From Vicugna vicugna (lineage: Eukaryota), in assembly GCA_013265495.1 (NCBI GenBank), contig MU058000.1, forward strand, positions 3,139,722 to 3,203,721: a stretch of DNA of 64,000 nt, in the 5' to 3' direction. Shown piece after piece: positions 52,441-64,000 of this stretch. Position 1 is the first letter of the stretch. Each line of letters starts with the position of its first letter. The notes under the pieces are model-generated. The model was given only the letters and a program-made list of their open reading frames with translations. It was not told where the DNA came from and searched no databases. Made by a program: the position numbers and the translations under genes.

Positions 52441-52620
52441 CAGCAGTTTGTAAACTGTTTCTTAAGACGGATAGTAAGTATTTGGGGGTTTTTAGACCAT
52501 GATGTGATCGTGACTAAAACTACTCAATTAAGCAACTGTAGGCAGAAGTCAGCCATTGACAAGGGTACATGAATGAACCTGGCCAAACCTGACCTTGGTG
52601 GCTCCCACGGCTGACCCCTA
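52441..52620. mobile_element. MER58A-like hAT-Charlie element
   Basis: cagcagtttgtaaactgtttct...gatagtaagtattt...aactactcaa...cagccattgacaa...gctgacccct. Confidence 0.7.
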
Positions 52621-52701
52621 GGCGAGAATAGACAACATACTGTATTTTGTAGGAGCTTGGGTTTTGTAACCAGGTTGCAGGAGAAGGCATGGGAGAAAAG
52701 C

Positions 52702-52850
52702 CATGATTTCAAACTTAACTTACTGTGGTAAGTCCCTCAATCATTATTTATTGGTGTGCTTTATCAAAAATAAAAGCTTCTCAAGGGAGCTCTGTTACCA
52801 TCAGCAGAAACCAAGCCATGGCAACTAGGTCTCTACATGAAGATGAAAAT
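52702..52850 (+). repeat. Copy 1 of a ~150-bp local direct duplication
   Basis: Aligns by hand to 53390-53539 at about 87% identity. Confidence 0.93.
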
Positions 52851-53389
52851 CGGCATCAGCGTTTTTGGCTATTTGACGAATAAAGGGGATGGGGAGCTTT
52901 GCTGAATGCACAGTTTCTCATGTACTAACAGTGTAACATTTGGTGTGAGCATTTGGTAGTGACAAGTTCTGGAAGAAATTAGTCACACAGTTGCAAAGCT
53001 CACTATTAGATTTTTGGAAGAAGGATGACATGAATGCGATGTTCAGGGAAAGAATTCCACATGGAGATGTAGAAAGCTGAATGGAAATATTAGAAATTAG
53101 ACTAGGACATAGTGTTTGACAACAGGCTTTTTAAATGACCAAAATACAGGGGAAAAAAATGATGTAAGGCCCAGGATGTAAAACAGTAAGTTAAGAATAG
53201 TAACAATAAACAAGAAGGAGTTGAACGTAAAAAAAAAAAAATGCCATATAAATAAGATATCCATTTTGAGTAATTTATTTCAAACAAAGCACTTAAAAAA
53301 AACGCTTATATTTGGTCTTTTCCATCTCAAAATACAGATCAAGAATGAAGTACTTGGAGGTGGGAGAGGAGGACCAGTGGCATTATAAT

Positions 53390-53539
53390 CATGATTTTAA
53401 ACTTAACTTACAATGGTAAGTTCTTTAATCACTATTTATTGATGCATTTTATCAAAAATAAAGGCTTCTCAAAGGAGCTCTGTTACCGTCAGCAGAAACC
53501 AAGCCATGGCAACTAGGTCTCCACACTGGTGATGAAAAT
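53390..53539 (+). repeat. Copy 2 of a ~150-bp local direct duplication
   Basis: Shares ggagctctgttaccRtcagcagaaaccaagccatggcaactaggtctc with 52702-52850. Confidence 0.93.
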
Positions 53540-55240
53540 TACATGAAATTTACAGATGAAAAAATGTTCACGTGTCAAAGCTATTACCGAATAGCCATCT
53601 TTTGTTGCTTCATAAAACCCTCTTATATCTCTCCATTTCTGTGACCTCTTCCTGTCTTTCACCCAATCAGACCTCCATGCAAATGAAGTGATTGTCAAGT
53701 GGTTGTGAACACCTGATAGATTTCTCATTCGACTCAGTCACCCTGAAAATTATGACTATTGTCCGCACGGCTTCTATGATCATATGAACCCAGAAAGCAA
53801 GGAAGGGGCAATATCCCTGATGTTCACCTGGTTTGACATCTATACACATAAAACCATTCAGAATTATTATTATTTTTTTGGTGGGGGATTAGCTTTATGA
53901 GAATATACAGAGTTTCCATTTCACCTTGAGAAAAAAAAATCTGCTCTATAATATCGAAGATAGCACTTAATTGAACCCATCAGATGATGACAGAGAAACA
54001 GTGCTACACTTGAGATGACTTAACTGCAGCTTTGTCCTCAGCCCTTTTCCACTACCCCCACCCCAGCCCCCTGTGGATTCCTTCCATGCCCTTTCCCCTC
54101 TTTGAAGTCAGTGGGAGCTCTGAGCTTAGGAAAGTCACCCAGAGTACAGAGGTGCACGAGGACAAGGCTGTTTGACTTTCTGCCCTTGCAAGGATCATGG
54201 GGTGGGTGAATTAGTAAGCAGAAAGAAAAAAAAAAAAAATCCTAACCTTAGTCCAAATGCAAAGCAAGCGTTTTACTTTCTTTCTTTCTTCTTTTTGTTT
54301 TTTTGAAGTTCAATATTGTTTCCTTTACTTTTTTTAAAAAAAAGATGTTGTGTTTTTACCTTTGCCCTTCCTGTTTCCAACAGGGGTTGGAAGTACTTGA
54401 AACTCTTCAGAAAGCATGCTCTGTTGATATTTCTAACAAGGACTGGAGCAGAAAGTATGACTTATGAACCTCTACCCCTTTGATGAGCTATCTCTGAAGC
54501 TGGGAGTGCAAAGCATGCATGTATCAGACTTGGATTAGCTCTCAAGGGACTGCCAAGATCAAGGAGTTGTTGATGGGGATTTCAAAAGATGCACAACCAA
54601 GCAGGCTCCTTCAGTGTGTATTAACACTAATAATTAGTGGAGGGCATTCCCCAGGCTTCCCTTAAAGCAGAGATATTTAACGTTCTTCTTTAACTGTATA
54701 TGAGTTTCAACAAGTAGCATTTATTACAACACTCTAAATCCTTAAAAAGAAAGATATTTTGTTAACCCTTAGCATAATGACCCATCACTACATTTTAATA
54801 AGCTGTTAGTATTTATTAAATATACAATTATTATCTTATTAAAATAAAAGTTAATGCCAATTGGAGACACTTCACTTAATATATTACTACTTTGGCTAGT
54901 TAATATCAACCTCTCCCATACTTTCCAATAGATGAATACAAATTTAATTACTGTATATTAACATTTTCTGGGTAGTTTACTTTTATTGCAGTGTTGAATT
55001 TACTTTCTCTTTTAATCTTCTTTGACTTTCCTGGGTCCACATCCATTCACCTGGTAACTTTTCAATCATGTAAGACCAAGATATTTCCCTTGGGTCTCTG
55101 GTCAAAGAACATGTCTGAGCTGATAGATGGATCTTGACAGCAAGCGAAAGAATTTATTTCAATCAAGGAGATGTTAATTGAGCACAGTTTACATGCAAGA
55201 AATGATGCTAAACATGTTAAGGGACAGAGAAAGAGGTGCT

Positions 55241-55349
55241 CAAGTGATCAGCTGCGCTGGTTTGCTCAGAAGTGAAGCAAGCCTGGAAACTGGACTGACA
55301 GACTACAACTAGGGAAGTTCTGGGCAAACCAGGAAAGGTGCTTTAACCT
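55241..55349. mobile_element. MER81-like hAT-Blackjack MITE, nested in an antisense L2 fragment
   Basis: gtgatcagctgcgctggtttgctcag...ggaagttctgggcaaaccagga, inverted-repeat structure typical of MER81. Confidence 0.65.
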
Positions 55350-55812
55350 GACTGGAGTCCTGTTCTCAGGAAGCGTTCTCAAATAGAAAAGGACAACGAA
55401 TAAAGGACACATGATGCAATATTAACTTTTATTGGCTGGCCCAGCAATACAAACAGGTATATATTGGTTCTGGGTAACTGGCCAGAAAAAAATGCCGCTA
55501 CAGTAGTTTTTGTTGATATTGATAATAATAATCACAGTTTTCACCATATTGTGTTTTAGTGCAAAACCTTGTAGAACATATGATAAAGTATAGTCCTCTT
55601 CTGAGAATTCTGAAATGCTGAATAGTTAAAAAAGCTGCACTGAGTTTTCCTTTACTTGGTGCTAGAAATTTCTTGGTGCTGGGAAAGATTAACACTGAGA
55701 TATTTGGAGTTATGTCTTCACTACCTCGTACTCTGTGTGTTTCAGAGCATTTGCTTAGGTAATCCTGTTGGTACTACCGAACATGATGCATGAATTAATG
55801 CATTCAATGAAG

Positions 55813-55948
55813 CCTCCATAAGGTGCTTCCATCTTACAGATAGAAATACTGAGGCTCAAGGTTAAGTAATTGGTCCACATACAAAAGTATAATTGTAGCC
55901 AGGATTTGAACCTGAGCAGCTGAGTTTCAAAGCTCAGGTTCTTAACCA
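55813..55948 (-). mobile_element. MIR
   Basis: ccatcttacagatagaaatactgaggctcaaggttaagtaa...agccaggatttgaacc...ttcttaacca. Confidence 0.85.
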
Positions 55949-57806
55949 TAATTATTACCTGCCTTCCAGCATCAGCACTTGACTTTGGCATTACAGTAAT
56001 TGTTATTCCATTTAATTGGAACTTAATAATCAAGAGGGTTGTCCCACGCCTATAGCTAGCACAGAAAGTGAGTTACAGGCTTAAACTAGCTTTCCTAACT
56101 TTTAGCCTGATTTTCTTCCTATTATATCACAATAACTCTAAAAACATACTTTAATTTTTCTTATACTTAGCTTCATGTCAGCCCATATAATAGCATTTTA
56201 TTTATTCATTTGCCAAATTATAGACACAAAAGTGGTGTTGAGGCACCAAAGGCATGCTGGGAAACAATGGTCACTTTCTTTGGCATTCATGATCTAGCAG
56301 GGAGAGGAAGTTTTAGTTTTGATTTATTTTATTTTGGAATCATTCATTATTTTTTAAAAGCTGTGGTTGTCTTTAATAGATGTAAACTTCATTTCAACAA
56401 GAAAAAAAAATAAACAAAGGGCTTCCACTCTGGTTGAAGCAGGTGAGCAAGAATTTGAGCTCTATCAACTTGGCACTCGACCCTCTGTACCATCCAGAAG
56501 GGGGTTTGATCTAGGGTTCTGAACAGCATGGCTTAGGAACCACTACTAGAAATTCTGACATCATGGCATCTGTGGTCACATCTGAGTGAAATAATGGAGA
56601 ACGAGCTCACAATCTGGTGGGGTTTGATTTTGGCCTTAAAACACAAGTAACATTTCACTGATTCTATACAGGGATGCCATTTTATCACGTGGGGATGGTA
56701 AGCAAGAAAAACCAGCCATTTAACAAAATCCAGGCATTTGCCTTAAGAAGTAATGACCAAAAAAAAGAAAAAAAAAGTGTGAGATTATAAAAGCCTTCAA
56801 TGGGACATTATGCTTTATGGATTTCTTGTAAGATAAGAAAGTAGCTAAAAATAGGTACATCGAAGAGAGGAAGCTGGTTAGTCCTCAAAACAGTCTCAAC
56901 ACATGTGAAATTTTGCTCTGACAGGGGTGTCAATGGCCATCACACTTAAGTTTTTTCATAACTTCAGAATGAATAGTATTGACAGTACCCTTGAACTATT
57001 TGAAAAATCAAGAATTCAGTCAGATATTATTTTATTATTTTAAAGAATTGTAGCATCCTATCGAACTACTTAGCATACCTAGACAAGAAGACACTTCAGT
57101 GCACACACAGAGAAAATAATGAAAAGTATTGCTAAGTGTTTTGTCGTGTTGGTGATATTTGCAGACTACTACAAGCTGTCAGAAGTAGGTAATGATGTAG
57201 CATGGATATTTGAATTCTGATTTAATTTACAAAGTCTCCATGACACACGCTAAAAAGTTTCAAGGTGTGCCATTCAAATCCCAATTTATGTTTCTGGTCA
57301 TTACCCAATCACAGGCCCCAGAAGAGGAAAAATCAGATTTTAGGATGAGTTGCTATATCTAATTGAGTTATATTTATTAACCCCAAATGATTAAATTAAG
57401 CAGAGAAATATTTAAAAGAATTTAACTTGAAACAAAAATATTTCAATTTCATCATACACTTTATGTATCTGACAGATTGAGAATTTAGCCAGTCAGGCTA
57501 TTTGCAATGCCTTTTTACAATGTGTTGTGTAATCAATCTAATTTTGCAACTTTATATTGAGGTCTAGTAAAGTTTACAACACATTAATGAAATATTTCAG
57601 AGATTACCATATACATTATACCTATTTCATGTATAAGATTCACTTGAGTATTTGGGACAGTTTATTGTGACTTGGATAATTCATGTATTTAAAAAGAAAA
57701 GAAAATAATCATTGTATAAATACAGTTTAAAATGTTTGAGAAGTGTACTTAATAATTTTGTAAATGGAAAAAAAAAAACTGTATTAAGACTCCTTGAGAG
57801 TGACTG

Positions 57807-58170
57807 CTATTGAGAAAGACAAATATCACATGATTACACGTATATGTAAAATCTAAATAAATGGGACAAAGGAATTTACTGACAAAACAGAAACAGATTC
57901 ACAGACATAGAAAACAAACTTATGGTTACCAAAGGGGAAAGGGGGTAGGAGAGATAAATTAGGAGTTTGAGATTAGCAGATACAAACTACTGTATATAAA
58001 ACAGATAACAACAGGGTCCTACAGTATAGCACAAGGAACTATATTCAATATTTTATAATAACTTATAATGAAAAAATATGAAAAACAATATGCATACATA
58101 TATATATATATATGATTGAATCACTATGCTGTACACCAGAAACTAATAAAACATTGTAAATCAGTAAAAA
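57807..58170 (+). mobile_element. 5'-truncated artiodactyl-type L1 3' end with TSD
   Basis: gagaaagacaaatatcac...acagacatagaaaacaaacttatggttaccaaagggg...gctgtacaccagaaac; TSD agagtga(c/t)tg at 57797-57806 and 58171-58180. Confidence 0.9.
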
Positions 58171-58449
58171 AGAGTGATTGGAATCATTTTCTATACTTAG
58201 TAATAGAGATTAAGAACAAAACAGAAAAAAAGACTAAGTTTTAGGACATGTCATTTCAATAAACCTGATGTTGAATGTTTAAATCAAAATATTTGCAAAC
58301 AGAAAAGTCACCTTGAGGATATCAGAACTCACGCTGACGTTAGGCAGGTGAACCAAATTCACTACAAATGAAAATACTTTCTGTGATACTTAGTATTTAC
58401 TAAACAGTTTAGAGCTGGAGAAGCAGTCATACAAAAAATTAAAATGAAT

Positions 58450-58940
58450 AGAAAACGATTATGTGATTAGACACTGTGAAAACGAAGGGGAGTCTGCGAC
58501 TTCAACAGGGATCGCGTCGATTTCTCAAGTGTCTTGGCCGTCGGACAACTTGGAGTTGGAACTACGAGGGAAGTCAGGCTGAAGACTGTTTCATGGAAGA
58601 AGTTCCCACGGCTTAATAGACCGCTTCATCCCCTGCATAACGAGGGCCATTATCCGTCTTTCATAATTCTCAGGCCACCTCTAAAAACAAAGTGATTGCG
58701 ATATTTCACACTGTAATTAACAAGTGGATGATGATTCTGGCCTTCATTCCCTTTGATTGAAAAGTTACAGCGTTCACGACTGAAAGTGAGCGTGGGCCAC
58801 GGAGTTAACACCACATTAGCGTTCAGTCCCAGCTGAGGGCTGGGGTGGGAGCGAGAGGCTGGTGTCCGCTGCTGCTGCGATCATCCATTCCTCCTCAAGT
58901 CAGCCGGAACAGCGGTAGTTCCATGATACTACGAATGACT
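58450..58940. promoter_or_regulatory. CpG-undepleted non-repetitive patch (candidate regulatory element)
   Basis: About 25 CpG counted in 500 bp at roughly 50% GC, against a strongly CpG-depleted background. Confidence 0.4.
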
Positions 58941-60344
58941 GAATGCTCTCCTGTCATTTTAAACATGGTTGATAATGAGATATATCAGGCTGGTTTTATT
59001 AAATAGTTTCACAATCGAATTTGAATGCCGTTTTGTTTCTTACATAGTTTGGATCCTTCTGGAGGCAAACAAATGCCGCACACTTACAGCCATCACAGAG
59101 GCACAAGGATTCCTTTGTGAGAACCACATCCAGCCACCGGTTGGGGGTTTTCTTCAAAATGAAACATTTGCAGCCAGATGACACTGCAGAAGGTTGGGCT
59201 GAGCAAACTGTATCAAGAGGGAAGTGTTCGCTGACAGTTTGACAAAAGTGCATGTTGCTTTTGCTTTACCAGCAGAGAGGTTAGGCGTTACACCACCACT
59301 CCCAAAGAGAGCTGGCCGTATTGCATAGCTATCCATTCACAGCTTTCACGGTGATGAATGAGGTCTTAGCAGATGCCTTGCAGAGAGGGTTAAAGAAGAA
59401 TAGATTCCTCATATGTCTGCCCTTTTCCCCTCAGATCGGGAAGGCAGATGATTAGAAAAAGAATGGTCTGGGCAGTTTAATGAAACCCATCTGCTTTGGC
59501 TGTTAATAGAAAAGTCCTTCAGAAGTTCTTAGAAAGCAAAAACAATTTAATTTTTAAAAATCATATATATGTAGATATATATATGTGTATATGTAATGTG
59601 TACACACACACACACACACACATGTGTACACATAGCAAAAGATTTATTTATTTATTCCAAGGATGAAACTTTCCTTTTCTGCAGGCCCAGACGGATAGAT
59701 AACATTGCTGTGTCTACATCCAGCATGGGCCCCTGACTACACAGTTTTGACATCAATAGCTGGTTGTGTTGACTGAACACAGAGGAAACAGAACCGACGT
59801 AAATCCAAACCATGTTAACCTGTTAGGTTTACAAAACAGCACAGCAAATTTTATAGACAAAGATAACTTATTGAAAATACCTGAGCATCCTGATGGCGTG
59901 AGGTATTGAAATCACAGTGACCGTTTCCCTTCTCACAACGCCTTCAGAACTGGTTTTCACACAGCATCTCACCAGCATGGACAGAAGCTAAAAAAGAAGT
60001 GGTACAGTCATTCGTTCAACCTCTGCACTTCAAAAATCATAGACGATATTTGAAAGAGGTTTTATTGTATGCACGCTGGCTTAGAGACTTTGATGCCATA
60101 TGACATGTTTTTGTTTAAATTGGGTTTACACCAAAATTTAGTTAAAATCATTTTCATTCATGTTCAATATTTAGCCTATTGCAAAATATAGATAAATATG
60201 TCTATATCATGCATATGCATCTCCTAAAGAAAGAATAAAATATACAGAGAAATACTAGTGAAACTTTAAAAAAGCAAAAAGCATTAGTTTTGTTGAATTT
60301 TTCACATTGAAACTTAAGAGTTTGTGATACTTTATGACATTTCT

Positions 60345-60723
60345 CTTTTTGTCTATCTGTATGTATGTGTATATATATATATATATATATATAGTAAAGT
60401 ATAGTCAGTTTATAATGTTGTATCAATTTCTGGTGTACAGCATAATGCTTCAGTCATACATGAACATACATATATTCATTTTCATATTCTTTTTCATAAG
60501 TTACTGCAAGATATTGAATACAGTTCTCTGTGTTATACAGTATGAATTTGTTATTTACCTATTGTATATACTATTATATAATATTATATAATTTATATAT
60601 ATATTAGTTACTATCTGCAAATCTCCAACTCCCAATTTATCCTTTCCCAATGCCCACCCCCTACCGCTATAACCATAAGTTTGTTTTCTATGTCTGTGAG
60701 TGAGTCTGTTTCTGTTTTGTAAA
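60345..60723 (-). mobile_element. 5'-truncated L1 3' end, antisense, tail decayed to (TA)n
   Basis: aatttctggtgtacagcata...aagatattgaatacagtt...ccataagtttgttttctatgtctgtgagt; TSD GACATTTCT at 60336-60344 and 60724-60732. Confidence 0.9.
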
Positions 60724-61209
60724 GACATTTCTTAAATTGTTAACAACAATGTACCACTGGGGCCAGACAACTAATATTTTTATAAATAGAAATATAATGA
60801 GCTGATATATTGAAAATAAATTGAATTTTAGGTACTAGCTCTTAAAACAATATTTATTTTATTACACTTATTTTTATCGAATATATTCTTCATAAAATAA
60901 AAATGTTTCATGAAAAATGTCCAGTTCTTTCAAAATTGGGGCAAACACTTTTCAAATCTTTATGAAGAATAACTAAGAGGCTAGCCTGGCGGTTATTTGA
61001 TTCATTGTAAAATACATTATTTTTAACTATTAAATGGTATGCTTATTCTTCTTTATGCAGAAATAGCTCATAATACCAGTTTTAGAACATGGACTCTCAT
61101 CTACTTTAAAGCAGTATAAAACCTGTTTAAAAGCAAATAACCGAATTGAGAAGTAAGATAGGTTGAGTAGGAATAAGTTACAAAAAATCAGGGAATTTAA
61201 TTTTCAAAA

Positions 61210-61389
61210 CAATGGTTCTTACACTGTAGAATGCACCAGAATCACCTGGAAGGCTTAAAAAAAATGCTGGGCTCCACCCCTGGAATTTCTGACTCAGGTG
61301 GTCTGGATGGAACCAACCACATGCCTTTTCTGCAAGTTCCCACGTGATGCTTATGCTGCTTGTCCAAAACTGTGCTCTGAGAACCACAA
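61210..61389. mobile_element. MER5A hAT-Charlie MITE
   Basis: tggttctt...tgcaccagaatcacctggaaggctt...gctgggctccacccc...caagttcccacgtgatgct...tgagaaccac. Confidence 0.85.
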
Positions 61390-62124
61390 GTTTACACCAT
61401 CAATTTGGTCTTTGGATGCAAATTCACTGCTATTAATGAAAGAACAAAACTATGAAAGGATGAGGTACATTAATCATAAAAAAAGAAAATGTTCTTCCAA
61501 ATGTTTGAAAAAAATAGCCTTTTATTTTGTTTCTTATCTTCTCTTCGCTTGCCCTGAAAACCAAATAGGAACCAGGAAACTGAAGGAAGAAATATGAATA
61601 GGCAATTTATTTATATCTTTATGTGTTGACCTTGCGGTAGAGGAACTTTCCAACTCTCTCAGCCTTCTTCATCCATGAGGCAGCCTTCTTTTCCATTTCT
61701 GTAACTTAACGGCAATGCTAGGGTAATTTTATATAGCTACTGTATTTTATCCTTCATCATTTTCATTTTTTGTGCGTCATCTTAACAGAACACTTTTTTT
61801 TTTTTTTTGGTGGCCCTTCCCTGCTGCACTGGTGCCAAGGGAAGTCATTGATTCGCTTAGGCACTATAGTATAAGCTGTAGCAGCATTTCCTAAACAAAA
61901 GCATGGCCACTGGTAGCATAGGAACCAGCAGCACTGCTTCCTGAAGAGGTTTGCCCAAAATGCTTATGGTTTTTAGAACTATTATAGAAGTTTTTAGAAA
62001 GATATGTCTTAGGTAAGAGCATGAAAAAGCAATTCACAAGATAAGAAATACAAATAACCAATAGGTAAATAAGAATCTCTTCAACTTCTAGTTGTCGAAA
62101 AATGTAAACTAAGATAAAAATTTT

Positions 62125-62875
62125 CTCTATTTATTATTGAACAGGTAATATGTGCACATGGTACAAGATTATAAAATACAGAATTATATATAATGAAAAG
62201 TATGTTTCTCCCCTCCCATGCTCTTCTCTGGCCACTCCATTCTCAGTTTTCTGTGGACTCCTTTAATGGGTGGCCGTGATCATGGGTATGTATATACATA
62301 TACACACACACTTGGATTTGTGTGTGTATATATATATATATAAAGTACATACATACATAATATTACACACAATGTTCTATACCTTGTTTTTTTCACATAA
62401 TGTTTATTCTTATGAATTTTTCCATGTGGATAACATGTATAACGGTTTTCTATCCCCTTAATACTTTTTAAGTCAAAATTTTCAAGCATACAGAAAAGTT
62501 GGGACCTTATTCTTTTTAGTAGTTGCATAGTACTTCATTATGTAGATGTGCCACCGTTCATTTTGCTAGTCCTCTACTGACATATATTTCAATTATTTCC
62601 CATCATTTGCTTTTACAAAACAATGCTGCAATAAAATTCTTGTACTTAGGTTATTTGACATATATGAGAATGTATCAGTATAGCACTTCCCGAGTGGACT
62701 TGCTAGGTCAGGAGTATATGTATATTTAATTTTATAGATATCGTCAAACTTTCTCCTTGGAGATTTTAGCAATTTACACTTATACTAAGAGTGTATGAGA
62801 GTGGCTGTTACCCCACCCTCTTACCAAAAGTGGTATCAAAAATTTGATTTTTATCAACTGAAATGGATGAAAAAC
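62125..62875 (-). mobile_element. Old L1ME-like 3' fragment, antisense, apparently nested in a sense L1 fragment (~62015-62125 and ~62900-63200)
   Basis: ttgcatagtacttcatt...aacaatgctgcaataaa...ttgctaggtca...agcaatttacac...agtgtatgagagtg is antisense L1 3' consensus. Confidence 0.75.
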
Positions 62876-64000
62876 CAAGATAACTGTTTTTTCCTGTTGT
62901 TTTGGAAAGTACTTTTAAATATGAGAATACCCAGCGTTGGTGTAGGTGTGATAAAAAGAGAAGATGTACATGTTGGTAAAAGTAAGACTGATTGAACCTT
63001 TCTGCAGGGCTGTTGCACGTGAGTGAAAGTCCTCGCTAAGCATGTTTCTTTTGGACCCAGGATTTCCATCTCTAGCAACTTCACCTTCAACCTAAGGGAT
63101 TAAGCAGACAAGTGCTCAGAGATGTTTATTACAGACTTTTAAAAGAGAAAAATGGTGGAAACAACCAATTAAATAGACTTTAAAACATATTATGCTTATC
63201 TATACAATAGATACCTTGTTAGTATTAAAAATATGCAGAGCCTGACTTATGGAATGATGTTTATGATTTTTTTGCTGCATGAATAGATGGGTTACAGCTT
63301 GTTCAGCATGAGCCCATTTAGGGGAACGGTATGGAGAGACAGATACAGAGTACATAATTTGAGAACTAAATACGATTACATAAACAGAGTCAAACATATA
63401 AATGCTGCTGTACATATCTATCTATGCATAGCTGTACCAGCAGTATCTGTAGGGATGTACACGTTTGTAATGGGACATATGATCATTATATACTACTAAA
63501 AATATAGGTACATTTTCTTTGCTTTTATTATTTCCTATATCAAAACAATTTTTATAATTAGCATACACTTTATTTATTATCACAAAATAATAGAATGGAA
63601 AGATTTCGTGTGGAATCCATAGCACCAAATAAAACTGCTGACTATGTTAAGGGCATTTCTTCAGGTGACATTAATTAAGGGTCTGCCATGTACAGAACAC
63701 GCTTTGATTATAGTGATATAACTTCTCGCAAAAGCTCTTCTTTCTTTACTTATACAAAGATCATTTGTCTAAATTTGTTGGGACATTCCTAGCTCTCTAA
63801 ACTGTTTCTATTACAAATTGACATAAATGTTAATGATTGTGGCTTTTCCTCTTCATAGCAAGAATTTCCTGGGACAGCAGGCTTTCAGCCTGATGGTCTA
63901 GCAATTATCGCTGCCTCATTACCTGGAACATCAAAACTAGCATCGTGTTTGGATAACAAGGATGTGCTTTCGTATGTGGTCCATGAACTGATGTAAGCCT

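Noticed and set aside
1..64000. Assigning a host gene symbol
   Set aside because: No candidate exon peptide matched a protein I recognise, so naming a gene would be a guess

Overview
AT-rich, repeat-dense, non-coding mammalian DNA, most likely camelid (camel/alpaca/llama). The evidence is two Vic-1-type tRNA-derived SINEs and artiodactyl-type L1 3' ends, with no Alu, Bov-tA/BovB or PRE-1 seen. No protein-coding gene can be identified. All ORFs in the track are short (129 aa or less), and many arise from microsatellites or antisense L1/LTR sequence. The window contains old eutherian repeats (MIR, L2, L1M, MLT1/MLT2, MER21, MER5/58/81, Tigger2/5), five younger 5'-truncated L1 insertions with target-site duplications (TSDs), a MER41-like ERV1 solo LTR, microsatellites and small local duplications. 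It looks like a long intron or a gene desert, with weak signs of minus-strand transcription. Best leads: (i) a 65-nt minus-strand exon candidate (34271-34335) whose acceptor is immediately followed by GTAAGA, as at recursive splice sites; (ii) a CpG/ETS/GC-box element with a minus-strand donor near 46.56 kb; (iii) an unexplained 428-bp GC-rich insert inside an MLT2 LTR; (iv) a duplicated 150-bp element with RFX-like motifs; (v) a CpG-undepleted patch at 58.4-58.9 kb. I cannot show a novel biological system from sequence alone. Repeat family names come from recalled consensus sequences, not a database search, and boundaries of old repeats are approximate.
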